Part shown: positions 36,395 to 49,635 of the stretch, one piece after another
Numbering within the stretch: the stretch's first letter is position 1
Layout: every line of letters begins with the position of its first letter
From: Nemertoderma westbladi
Taxonomy: Eukaryota; Animalia; Xenacoelomorpha
Reading direction: 5' to 3'
Assembly: GCA_032718475.1 (NCBI GenBank)
Contig: JAUCBJ010007762.1
Span: 1-64,000 of the forward strand
Length of the DNA: 64,000 bases
The notes under the pieces: model-generated
What the model saw: only the letters and a program-made list of their open reading frames with translations
What the model was told of the DNA's origin: nothing
Database searches by the model: none
Made by a program: the position numbers and the translations under genes

Positions 36395-37515
36395 TTACGG
36401 TAATAATGGTCACTTATGTCAAAGACCGTGAACCAATATATACTAGAAAGCCAGCAAGCTGGCTGGAAGGAGCCCGGGGGAAAAATCCTAGCCAAGACTA
36501 TTACAAAGAACTATGTCAGTTAGCAGTAAGTAAACTAAAATTGTCTAAACTGCAAGGCGTGAGGCTAGCTGACTTTGTGGCTCGCCCCACATAATAAAAA
36601 ATGCAACTTAGCTACCACTAACAAAAATATAATATGAAGCAAATAATTTCATTATCAAGCACGTTTACAAGATATAAGATACGATTACCGAATATTTATA
36701 AAAAATGCCCATGATGCACAACCAGGTAAATAACAACGAATAGAGCCAAATAACAAATTTAGTTTCCTTCTATAGGTATTATCCCGTCGCCAAGCGGAAT
36801 ATCTCTTCCCAGTGAATTCTATGTGAATATGTAATATAGGTACTCCTTAGGCTGTAGGCCAGAGCGGGCTCCTTAAATACATGCAACTACTGTATTATAG
36901 TGTAGGTCAACTATAAAACATTTTGCAATCCACAGTGAGTATCGACTGCAATAGGACACAACACACTGCTTTGTGTAACTAAAATTCATTCTCCTGATCC
37001 ACCCCCTAACATAGCAGAGTGAGTAACCTTATTGTACAGTAGATATACCCTTAGGAAGCACTGGGAGAGCAATCAGCTTATGGGGTAATACATTAGAAAC
37101 CAACAGCTTATGTGTGAGTAAACATTGCCTTTCCTTATAGCCTACTAGTAAAACTTGGCAACCAACACGTTTTTCTATGACTGTGTATAACATATTAAGC
37201 CATATTTCATCATGAACACCAGCTGTTATTTTACCATTGCTTTTAATTTCGCGACAAAACAATGTCAAAAAACTAAATATATCGAATACCACACATAGAA
37301 TCGATCTGAAATTTTGTAAAGCGATTATGAACCACCAAAGCAATGTACTTGCAAAATTTTATCAAAATCGCCGGGCAGGAAGTGCCTTAACCTATATAAT
37401 TATCAATCAGTATGTCAGTCAGTCAGTCAGTGTAATGTATCATCCTGAGATTTTTACAGAAAGTATCCCTGAGATTCTTATTACAGTAATAATCCCGCTG
37501 TCAAGCGGGCTCCTA

Positions 37516-38487
37516 ATAAAAACTCACCTTTCAATGTCCGGCCACAAATAATCAGATACTGGTACAGAATATTCTAAATCGATAAGAGGTATCGGCGAGT
37601 CGGATATCCACTAAATGAGGAGAACCGGGGCTGTAGTACTCTGTGTCTCCCCCAGTACCTCTGGTCCAACCACAGAGGTACCGGCCACCCGTATAGTTTG
37701 AAACCTCTTGTCTGACGTGGTCTCTGGCGTCAATTAGGTTTACAGCATTCTTGGGGCTCTGAATAAATTAACAATTTATACAATTAATTGTTATTATATT
37801 TCTGATCTATACTTTAACACGCATCTAGAAATATAATTTCAATGAGCATTTCTTGAGATAGAAATACTTTTCTTGAATACTGCATAATACTCGGTATTAT
37901 TATGATTGTACATGGTTGTTTATGAGTATGTTGAATATCAAACACAAAAATTCCATTATTTAACACTGAATGAAGAATGTATACCTTGAAATAATAAAAA
38001 TATATACCAGTACTGATCACTATACCAGTGCTGACCCGACAACGGAGGAACCCATCGTCTTAGACTATCTACTTAGCACCGATAATCCACAGCAGCTCAA
38101 CCCCACATTTCACCCCCGCTGCCTCCGATGGCCGCCCCGTTGTTTGTGAGCCGGATGGAGATTTCTCCCAGGTTGGCGTTATGAACTGGCCAGTGGCGTG
38201 ATGACCTTGACCCGCGCAGGCACATGTGGGCGGCCCGAACCAGCAGAAAACTGATGTGTCGTCGGATCCAGGTAACGCACTCTGTGTAGCTGATCCCCCG
38301 CTTATCCGCCAACAGAACAGCAAGGTGTTTGAAGAACTGCGCCGTGGATGGTGAGATTCCCCCGAAAGCAGACATGAATATAATTTCGGTGACTTTATAA
38401 CTTGACAAACATTTCATAAGTACTTTAGTGGTGCTAGACACGCATTGCAATTAAAAATCATAGATCACATAACAATTGAGTGCCGCA
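37516..38487. repeat. Dispersed ~520-bp repeat, copy 1 (interrupted at 38021-38468)
   Basis: Near-identical to 39642-40165 (offset 2126). Confidence 0.9.
38097..38375 (-). mobile_element. 3'-end fragment of a CRE-like non-LTR retrotransposon ORF
   Basis: SAFGGISPSTAQFFKHLAVLLADKRGISYTECVTWIRRHISFLLVRAAHMCLRGSRS resembles the conserved C-terminus of CRE-clade elements. Confidence 0.65.
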
Positions 38488-39641
38488 CTTTTCAGCGTTA
38501 AAGACCCTTGTTTATTGATGTAAACCTCCCTCGCTGCGCTCGCTCGGTACATAAATAAACTCGGATCATAATGCTGCAAAGTGCTACTTTGCACACAATG
38601 ATGTAAATAGTTATTAGATTTAATTAATACGGGATAAAATTCACATTATATTTAATAGGCCTATAGATAATTGTTACATTAGGGTAAGAGGCAAAACGTC
38701 TACATTTATGTCTCCAATATATGAATTACTGGTGGGGGATGGAATTCGTAGGGGTCGTAAGATGTATTTAGGCTAGTCTATAAACTAATCCCCCACCAAT
38801 GACAAAATGTTAATAATGAAGTGTATAGTACGCGAAATAGTGATAAGTTATCCTTCCTAGAGGTACCGAACGGTCATACATTATTTCTTAAAAAAGCACA
38901 AATTTTAATCGCTTGTCAGTGAGAATTTATTAAAACCTGTTGTTATTTACAGTATTGTTATTTACAATTTAACATATTTTGTTTGCACAAGTTTCGATCT
39001 TCAAACGGCTGAGACATCCAAATAGTGGCGCAAATTGACCATTAGTGAAAAGGTATTGTTTATTGTTTTGGGTAGAAAACACCGCCACTAATATTTGAAA
39101 TTTAAATAAATTAATTTTTTAAATCATCTAAAAAACACATATTTTGTGTTTCCGGTCACTTTGCGCCATTAACTCGAGAAATCACATCCGCGTTTTTGAC
39201 TGTCGGTCACAAGTGATAATAATTATCTATAACGAAAGACTTAAAATCGTCTAAAAACTACTTATTGTACAACTCATAATCAGAAATTACACAAAAGTGA
39301 ATTGTATGCGTTATTGTAGATATATATATTTTTTAAAATATCTGCAAAGGCATTTTTGGCTGTAGAATTAAATTGATAATAAATACTATTGTTTACCGCC
39401 AGGGGTGCAAGTTAAATTCATAAGAACTAAAGGCAATTTCCTTGTAATTGTTTATTTTGGGCCATTATGCCTAGATTGGGCCATTTTGTTCTAGGTGGGC
39501 CATATTTGCCCTAAGAGGACGTGTACCTTTTGGGCCATCGTAGTAGGATTAGGGCCATTGCTCCAAGCCCAAGGCCATTTAAGGGCCATTGGACCTTTAA
39601 AAGGTGGCCCTAATAGTGGGAAAGCTTATATATTTATATAT

Positions 39642-40165
39642 ATAAAAACTCACCTTTCTATGTCCGGCCACAAATAATCAGATACTGGTACTGAATATTC
39701 TAAATCGATAAGAGGTATCGGCGAGTCGGATATCCACTAAATGAGGAGAACCGGGGCTGTAGTACTCTGTGTCTCCCCCAGGACCTCTGGTCCAACCACA
39801 GAGGTACCGGCCACCCGTATAGTTTGAAACCTCTTGTCTGACGTGGTCTCTGGCGTCAATTAGGTTTACAGCATTCTTGGGGCTCTGAATAAATTCACAA
39901 TTTATACAATTATTTGTTATTATATTTCTGATCTATACTTTAACACGCATCTAGAAATATAATTTCAATGAGCATTTCTTGAGATAGAAATACTTTTCTT
40001 GAATACTGCATAATACTCGGTATTATTATGATTGTACATGGTTGTTTATGAGTATGTTGAATATCAAACACAACAATTCCATTATTTAACACTGAATGAA
40101 GAATGTATACCTTGAAATAATAAAAATATATACCAGTATTGATCACATAACAATTGAGTGCCGCA
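39642..40165. repeat. Dispersed ~520-bp repeat, copy 2 (uninterrupted)
   Basis: Matches 37516-38020 joined to 38469-38487. Confidence 0.9.
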
Positions 40166-40724
40166 TTTCAGTGATTGAGGCCGCAAATATGTTCAGTAAA
40201 TTAGATTATGACTAAATTTAAATCATCCCAATATATCCTCATAGGGTTAAATTCAAATATAGTAGAAAAAGTATTTAAAAGTGTAGCGGTAGGCCTAAAC
40301 TGTACCCTATTATATTCTATATGATACAAAATATGACTGTATATTAATGTTAATGTCGCTTCGTATACTCACGTAACAAAACTTATCACTAAAAAACAGC
40401 CGTGTAAATGCCCTCCAGTGGAACCGGTGGGGAATTATTGCATTGCCTTCATTATGATTCAGCCCCGGAATGTTTGTATCCACTTTGATAACCCAGACTG
40501 GCCCGGAATATTCGAAGCATGGACAACCAGTTAACCCATAAAGTCCGCCACAAGTATCACCGCCACACACTTGCACTATATTTACCTGTAAATAGGATTA
40601 AAATATGATAGTGATTCATTATCGAAACTATTACCGGAACATTGGTAAGATTTGTATCGGTTTCAATGTAGGCAGGGCCTATGTATAAAATTAAAAAAAA
40701 CAGAGAAAAATTAGACACAGTTTG

Positions 40725-42810
40725 CGCGCGAGCTGGGGGAAGATCTTCTCTGTGCTGGGGGTAAGGGCGCGTAAGAAAAGGGGGAAGAGGGGGAAAGAAA
40801 TGGGGTACGGATCTATAAATGGCATCCAATGGACGCCTCTATTTTACGACCGTTCTATACTGTAAACATACAGCTGTCTGTCTACCTTATTGAGAAGTGG
40901 TAATACTACTGAATAGTTGCTAAACTCATATTATCCTATCATTACACACCTACTGTACTTAACCATACAAACCTATATTACATACCTACTTACACGTACC
41001 CTCCCACCCACCTAAGCACGACTTAACTGCCCCCACCACCACCCACCTAAGCACACCTACTTAACCGCACCCACCCACCCACCCACCTAAGCACACCTAC
41101 TTAACCGCACCCACCCACCCACCCTCCCAAGCACGTCTACTTAACCGCACTCACCCAAGCACGTCTACTTAACCGCACCCACCCACTTAAGCATGTCTAA
41201 TTAACCACACCCACCCACCCACCTAAGCACACCCATACTTAACCGCACCCACCCACCCACCTAAGCACGTCTACTTAACCGCACCCACCCAAGCACGTCT
41301 GCATAACCGCACCCACCCACCTAAGCACGTCTACTTAACCACACCCACCAACCCACCTAAGCACACATACTTAACCGCACCCACCCAAGCACGTATACTT
41401 AACCGCACCCACCCACCTTAGCACGTATACTAACCCGCTCCCCACCCCCCCCCCCCCAGACAAATCAGCACGTCTACCTAACCGCACCCACCCCACCCAC
41501 CCACCTAAGCACGTATACTTACCCGCACCCAACCACCTACCTAAGCACACATAGTTAACCGCACCCACCTAAGCACCTCTACTTAACTACACCCACCCAC
41601 CTACCCAAGCACGTCTACTTAACCGCACCCACACACCTAAGCACGTCTACTTACCCGCACCCACCCACCTACTTAAGCACGTTTACTTACCCACTCCCAC
41701 CCACACACCTAAGCACGTCTACTTATCCGCACCCACACACCTACTTAAGCACGTCTACTTAACCGCACCCACCCACCCAACCCACCTAAGCACGTATACT
41801 TACCCGCACCCACCCACCTAACTAAGCACACCTAGTTAACCGCACCCACCTAAGCATGTCTAATTAACCACACCCACCCACCAACCTAAGCACACCTACT
41901 TAACCGCACCCACCCACCCACCTAAGCACATCTACTTAACCGCACCCACCCAAGCACGTCTACTTTACCGCACCCACCCACCTACTTAAGCACGTCTACT
42001 TACCCATTCCCACCCACACACCTAAGCACGTCTACTTAACAGCACCCACCCACCCACCTAAGCACGTATACTTACCCGCACCCACCCATCTACCTAAGCA
42101 CACCTAGTTAACCGCACCCACCTAAGCACGTCTACTTAACCACACACACCTAAGCACGTCTACTTACCCGCACCCACCCATCCACCTAAGCACGTCTACT
42201 TAACCGCACCCACCCACCTATGCACGTCTACTGACCCGCACCCACCCACCTACTTAAGCACGTCTACTTACCCGCTCCCACCCACACACCCAAGCACGTC
42301 TACTTAACTGCACCCACCTAATCACGTCTACTTAACCGCACCCACCCACCCACCTAAGCATGTATACTTACCCGCACCCACCCATCTACCTAAGCACACC
42401 TAGTTAACCGCACCCACCTAAGCATGTCTACTTAACCACACCCACCCACACACCTAAGCACGTCTACTTACCCGCACCCACCCACCCTCCTAAGCACATT
42501 GACTTAACCGCATCCACCCACCCACCTATGCACACCTACTTAACCGCACCACCCACCCACCTCCTAAGCAGGTCTACTTAACCGCACCCACCCACCTGCA
42601 TAAGCACCTCTACTTAACCGTACCCACCCACCAACCTAAGCAAGACTTAACCGCACCCACCCACCCAACTAAGCACATCTACTTATCCGCACCAACCAAC
42701 CCTTCTAAGCACGTCTACTTACACCGCACCCGCCAACCTAAGCATGTCTACTTAACTGCACCCTCCCACCAAACTAAGCACGTATACATAACCACACCCA
42801 ACCTCCCCCA
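40725..42810. repeat. Repeat element: ~270-bp head plus C-rich minisatellite (CACCCACCTAAGCACGTCTACTTAACCG, ~28-40-bp units)
   Basis: Tandem array ~41000-42800; the head and first units are duplicated at 44835-45250. Confidence 0.9.
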
Positions 42811-43557
42811 TCCCTACACACCTAATTACCCGCACATCGTTGTGCCGCTCATTGTGTCAAGTACAATGCACACAGCTCCAACCAGACACTATATAACATT
42901 GGAGGTGTCTCATTGGTTCCCCCAAGCTTGACACTAGAACAAAGCTGCCTCCGCTTTGCAGGACATTGCTTTCGCCGCGAGAACCAGCAGTGCATAATCT
43001 TGTACTTTGGCAGCCTCATGGAGTGAATAAGCAAAGCATGGTGGACAGCCCATGACTTCTTGAAGCGCATCTTAAAGGACACTGGCCTTGAAGATGCGGA
43101 AAATCTAGCAAATGTCATGGGTGATATGGAGTTGTGGCGGTGCAATTTTGTTGACAAGCCGGCACAGCATTCTTAAAAATGCAGCTGCAATGCAGCATGC
43201 CGATCCTAGTAGTTGTAGTACCCGCACTCACCTACCCCTACCCACCCTTCCACACACTATTTACCCCCACCGACTGCCCGAACCTAACAAACACACCCAC
43301 CCCTACTTTTTCTACCTTATTCAGACTCCACGGCAAACATTATCGGAGCAATCAAGCCGTACCAGAAATTTGCAAAAACGGAAAGCAGGGACAGTTTTCG
43401 CCAAAACTTTTTTTTACAAGAACCGTTTTTTGATAATCGTTTCCTATAAAATAATGCTGCTAAGTGTTGGCGCCACTGCGCGTGGCAGTAATCATCCCGA
43501 CCTTTTCTTTATTGTGCTATATTCATATTTATTTGTAAACGAAGAAATATATTTCAG

Positions 43558-43763
43558 TTCAGTTGAGTTTTATGCTTATTTAATATGTGATTCGATTTAT
43601 CGAGAGATTGTAACTATACTAATAGGTTTGAATTATTGTAAGTTGATTATTGGTGGTTTCAGTTGAGTTTATTAGCTTATTTATTATCTGAATTGCTTTA
43701 TCGAGAGATTGTAACTATACTAATAGGTTTTATTGAATTATTGTAAGTTGATTATTGGTGGTG
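43558..43763. repeat. ~100-bp tandem duplication
   Basis: ttcagttgagttt...tttatcgagagattgtaactatactaataggttt...ttgtaagttgattattggtggt occurs twice. Confidence 0.85.
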
Positions 43764-44834
43764 TGAGTTAATTAAGTTGTGCATTGTATTGTAATCTCAA
43801 TCTAGAAGTATGTTAGAATAGGGCAATCCTACATATTTAATATCAGTAATTAGTATATCGTTTACGGTATAATTTTGAATATAATATTATAAATTATATA
43901 AATAATAACGACCTGAGGAACTCTGAATAAATTTCCATCCAAATAAAAACTGTAATCTTTCGACTATCTCCTTCCTTCTAAAGCCGTCTACATTACGTAG
44001 GCTGCCGGGACCCTTGTAGACTCTGTCTCTTCTCTGTACTAGAGGGAGCAGAGGTTATTGCAGGAATTCTCTCTGAGGGAGAGATTGATTGTTAGCAATT
44101 TTGGGAATATTATTATTCGCGTTATTCGCCAGTACAAAACCTATGTCTTGATATTAGTACAAGCATCTTTTTTTCAATTTATCAAACTCCGCATCGATTT
44201 GTGCCATACTGACTGTATATTAGAGCCACCGCTTAAACCCTGGCGGTAATAGTTTATTGTCCAGGTCAGCCGATAGGATTATTGTTAGTAGCACTGCGAC
44301 TACATTAATCGCGCAGCAACCCTAAGTATTTACATCCTAGAACATTCGATAACTATTGTAAATTATTGTAATTAATAGGTTGGTTGCTTTTTTTACCATA
44401 TATTATTAAATAAATGTGAGATAGTTAGTGCCGTTAGTTTAATTATAATATCGTAAACATCACTGCACAAAAACGCTTTTTTATTTGCATGCGAAAATAA
44501 GGGTTATGCCAGAGCCAGCCTAGAGGCCAAGCAAGTTACCGGTAGCCGTAGCAATGCAAGAAGCTTCCTATTGGGTGCTATTTTTAGATCCTTCCCCCTT
44601 TTCTTACCCCCTCATCCGTGCCACCACTGGTTCAGCCAAAAAACCCAGGCAGCACCGTAACCCATCATTGTTCCAATTCTCCGGTAGACTATAATTACTG
44701 CCCTCCTAATTTGTTTCAAATTTGTTTCACTGGCATACATAGCATTGCAGGTAGGACACCATTACGTGGCTCCTAATATGTTTCAATTATGTTCCAATTT
44801 TGTTTCAACTAACAGAGACATACTAGTGGCAGTA

Positions 44835-45250
44835 CGCGCAAGAGCTGGGGGAAGATCTTCTCTGTGCTGGGGGTAAGAGCGCGTAAGAAAAGGGGGAAGA
44901 GGGGGAAAGAAATGGGGTATGGATCTATAAATGGCATCCAATGGGACGCCTCTATTTTACGACCGTTCTATACTGTAAACATACAGCTGTCTACCTTATT
45001 GAGAAGTGGTAATACTACTGAATAGTTGCTAAACTCATATTATCCTATCATTACACACCTACTGTACTTAGCCATACATACCTATATTACATACTTACTT
45101 ACACGTACCCACCCACCCACCTAAGCATACCTACTTAACCGCACCCACCCACCCACCCTCCCAAGCACGTCTACTTAACCGCACTCACCCAAGCACGTCT
45201 ACTTAACCGCACCCACCCACCTAAGCATGTCTAATTAACCACACCCACCC
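44835..45250. repeat. Truncated second copy of the head plus minisatellite element
   Basis: Near-identical to the start of the 40725 element. Confidence 0.9.
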
Positions 45251-46124
45251 AAAAATTTTTAACAAGTGTGCCTTTTAACAAGAAATCCATTGCTGAAATT
45301 ATACTGTAGTTCTTCTCAGGTACTGTACGGCCAGCATCATCGTATTATTTCTGCCTACTGTATTTATTAAAATATGATACCTGGTAATGTGTTCATCAAA
45401 ACCACTTCAACACAACTTACCTCCACCTTCTAATTCCCTCAATGGGCACGTCCGTTTATTGTGAGACGCGTCACCACAATTACCACAAGTACGCTTTCTC
45501 TTTTGTGGCATATTGATCGTTCGGGTTAGAATACAAAATATGAATGTAAAAATAATATAAAATAATACAAAATAATACAATATATCAAAAGATAGCCAAT
45601 GTAAATTTATTCAAAAGCCTATTAAAATATAATTAGTTAAGATACAATTGTACTGTACGGTAAATACAGTCTACCGGATACCGGTAATAAACATAAATAA
45701 CTTACAGCAAGCCTACCGTTATATTGTAGAATGTTTCCCTTGTATAACAAATACAAAAAATCTTTAGACCTTACCTATGTAACTCACTAATTAAAAGGCC
45801 TACCGAATCATATAGCCTATCATGGGCACTAAAGTGTATATCGCCGTCACCCTTATTCTGCCTTTGTCACTGGCAAAATAAAAAGTATTACAGTATTTTT
45901 AAAATTTGAAAAATGGTCACCCAAGCTATAGGTACGATTGCCAAATTGCATTTTCCTCGGATTGCGATATTTCGGATATTTCTGAAATATGTGAATGTCT
46001 TTCAAAAGTGTGACTCATAATATTAGCTAAATATTTAAACACTATAGAGTTCTAGAAAATAGGCCTACGGTACGATTTTTTTTTATTTTTTTTTAAAAAT
46101 TAGCTACTATATAAAAACACTACC

Positions 46125-47382
46125 TGTAAAAGCTTCTGTGGGATATAACTGGCCCTTTTGCTTTGCAATCCAGTTTCCCCCCAGGCGCTGGAATACTCTA
46201 AAAAGCTCTCTAACTCGAATGATGCAAAGCGACCGGCTGATTGGCTGATTTGTTATACGAGGGGCTCTTTACTATGTTCTATCGGCCAACCAGAGCTATA
46301 GCAGCAGAGTATGCAACCAGGACAACCGAGCGGAGTGACTCATTTTGTGTGTTGGCCAAGGGTTGCAAAATTCCTGATAGTTCGGCATTTAGATATTCGT
46401 GGAACTTGTGGAATCTGGTGTTCTGCCAATGAGAGCTATTCCTCTCTGTGTAAAAGATACCTGCAACGGTGTTAGGGACAGTAGCAGTTTTTTCTTGATA
46501 TACTGTTGTGTTGTTTCTATCTAGGCCAGGAACACCGGCTCTAGAGTCAATTCGTTTCAGACTTTTAGAAGAAACATTAGTAGGCTTAAGATTATAGAGC
46601 GTATAACTGTTATCAACTCATATCAATCAGTGCATATCACGGTCCATATCAGTTCAATTCATAACATATCATATCTTAACCTACCGTCTTAATGCTTTTT
46701 ACTGTTGTCATATTTTGTATCAGTTGGTTGAATATTATTTGGAGAACATTTATAAAGAACCCAAATTTCCCAATTTTCTTGATACACTACAGGTTAGAGA
46801 GACGGGTTATATATAGCGATTGCGACTCATATTATTGTGGTTTGTAGTGAATTTAATGCTATTTGATAAGCACTACATGAGTCAGTTGCTGTTCTCTTTA
46901 TATATGATAAAATTCATTGACGGTCGGCAAATTAGTGAGCAGTATTGTGTGTTACCGGTAGTGTGCATGATTGTGACTGATAACTAAGCATTTCCTAAAG
47001 AATGCGCCTCATACGTGAATCATAAGCCTTACCGACTTACCGTTGTGATTAGTATAAGTCATATCTCTGTTTACCTAGATAGAGCGCCACGTCCTAAAGG
47101 AACTGTTAATATTTCCCGAAAGTGAATAATATTAGTCAGAAATTATTTATTAACGATCAATCGAATAATACAGTAAGCTTACACTGCAATAATAATCTAA
47201 GCCCTCAGAATCCAGTCTCCCGGGTATATCCTGCGGGTGAATGGACGCGCACTAGGCTGGCTTCTGCTAATGTTGTGTTTATTGGTATTAAATATTTGTC
47301 AACTTCTAAAGTCTATTTATAAACCAAAAGACATATAAATTTTGGCAGGTTAAACTGCTAAAGGTCTTCAAAAGCGCGTACA
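46125..47382 (+). repeat. 5' LTR of element 2 (1258 bp)
   Basis: Matches 56926-58183; I could see only three substitutions by eye. Confidence 0.97.
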
Positions 47383-47429
47383 ATAACAGTTATTGTCTTT
47401 ATTGCAGTAAGCAATAAAGTTGAAAGTAC

Positions 47430-47580
47430 CGGTTGACCGGTAAACCTGAACCGGTACTTCTGTAGGTCAGTAGGCCCAACTGCCAGAACCGGTACTGCTG
47501 TAGGTCCGTAGGTCCAACTGCCAGAACCGGTACTTCCGTAGGTCCGTAGGCCCAACTGTCCTAACCGGTACTTCCAGTAT
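47430..47580. repeat. Short tandem repeats in the leader (AACCGGTACT...GTAGGTCCGTAGGCCCAACTGCCAG)
   Basis: Three to four imperfect ~40-bp units. Confidence 0.8.
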
Positions 47581-47789
47581 AAGTACATTAGTATTATTCG
47601 ATTTTGATTATTGTATACCGGTAGGTCTCGATATTAAATCGGGGACGCCTGGTTTTTATTGGGATTTTACTTAGGTCTATTTCTGTCAGTTTTATTTCCT
47701 AGTAAGTTAATATTGAGCTGAAGACGTGTAAGTCTGCTCAGATTGTTCAGATAACTGTAGGCCGGACTGTTGTCGGATTGTTGTTGGGT

Positions 47790-48325
47790 TTGGAGAGATT
47801 ACGGCGTGTGTAGAGTTTGTCCGATAGAGTGCCAGTTAGTAAGTTGGGGCAGCCATAGCTGTAAGGTCAATCCCCTCTTAAAGAATAAGTCGTACTACCG
47901 TGTTAGAACGCATACTAACTAACCATTTTGGAATCTGCACATACTGTAGTTTATTTAGGCTTGACAGTATTCTGCCAGCGTTTTGGCCTGTGTTTGTTTG
48001 TGTGGTCTGTTCAGGTACCGTAATAGTTATTACTCAGATATTTTGTAGGCTGGATTGTTGTCTAGCTATTATTAAGTCTGAAGAGATTGCTGCGTGTGTA
48101 GAGTTTGTCTGATAAAGTGCCAGTTAGTAAGTTGGGGCAGCCATAGCTGTAAGGTCAATCCCCTCTTAAAGAATAAGTCGTACTACCGTGTTAGAACGCA
48201 TACTAACTAACCGTTTCGGAATCTGCACATACTGTAGTTTATTTAGGCTTGGTGGTAGTCTGCCAGCGTTTGGTTTGTATTTTGTTTGAGTATTCTGTAC
48301 GGGTAGCGTAATATTTATTATTCAG
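47790..48325. repeat. 288-bp-period tandem duplication in the 5' leader
   Basis: tagagtttgtc.gata.agtgccagttagtaagttggggcagcc... at 47811 and 48099. Confidence 0.85.
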
Positions 48326-49635
48326 AGTTTATGCGATTATTCGCAACATTCATGTCCCCAAGTTTATTCCTACAGTAATTGTGCTTGTTACACATACCGT
48401 TATAGTTAAATTAACCCCGGTACTACACGGGCTGCTTGGCGTAGGAAAAGATTGGTGACTTTGTGCTTCGGTCACTCCAGCAGATGCCGTGGTTCTTTTA
48501 ACTGTTCAAGTATATTTAACTACTGATTATTGTTGTACCAGTATTTGTACCTAATTTAGGGTTTAGTGTACAGTGCTTTCCGAAAGTAATTAGTGTGTAG
48601 GCAGTGTATTGTGTTGTAAAGTGGTTAATAGGCACGTTGGATCTGGTAGTCCGCGGTAATTAACTTCCAGGTAGGAACACTCCATGATACATAACGTAGT
48701 ACCTATAGCGATACGGCTATAGGTCGTCAGACGGTTGTATTTTTCCTATCTGGACAGTGCAATATATTTACTACTACTTATTATTTTCAAATACCGTAGT
48801 ACTCTGTCCGTTGTAATAACTAGAATTCTAACCCTTTGTTAGGCTGGTTTGTAGACTTCCTGTAAAATTACCCTAAAATTTCGTACGTAATATTTTTGTT
48901 GTGTTTAGTTAGAGAATTAATCTCACCCGTATCGTAAGTAATTTGTAGTATTAAGTAACTTAGGTAAATTAGAATTATCTGTTTTAGTGTCCAATAAGTA
49001 GCACTCCACTGAGAGCGCACAGATTCTGTGTAGTGACTCCCCCCAGAAATAGTAACATCTATTTCGATATTGTAACAAAACCCCTCATAAGGGTACATAT
49101 AAATCCACTAAATCTATTAATAAAATAGTAGGCCTGTTATACAACACTTAGGTCTTAATATCAGTTGGACTGCGGCTCAAATAACGGTAATAAAGTAAGT
49201 AAAGTAACCAAGTAACCCCTAACATTCAGAAATTCAATTATTTTAAAATAATTGACATACCGGTATTTACAATAGGCTTATTATATTTATTCTATAAATT
49301 TAGGCTGAAATCATACCGGTACTCTGTAATTAATTCTAGTCCAGAATTATACTTATATACTATAAGTGTAAGCTGCATACCGGTATTCACGATAGGCCTA
49401 TTATATATTTATATATATTTGTGCCAAAATTATATACCTGTATTCTGTGACAAATCTAGTCTGTAATAATACTTATATATCTACTATAAGCATACCGGTA
49501 TTCTAATATATTATATATATCACGCTACACTGAGTAGCAGTATCGGTAATTAATTGTGAGGCTAACAGTGATACTGAATTACTAGACTTGCTTTAACTGT
49601 AATATAGCAGTAGGCATTCAACTGTACAATCAAAC

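Noticed and set aside
42849-43666. Host gene exons
   Set aside because: No recognisable domain or consistent splice structure; flanked by repeat-derived sequence.
46241-47322. Short ORFs duplicated at 57042-58123
   Set aside because: They lie in the LTRs; the duplication reflects LTR identity, not genes.
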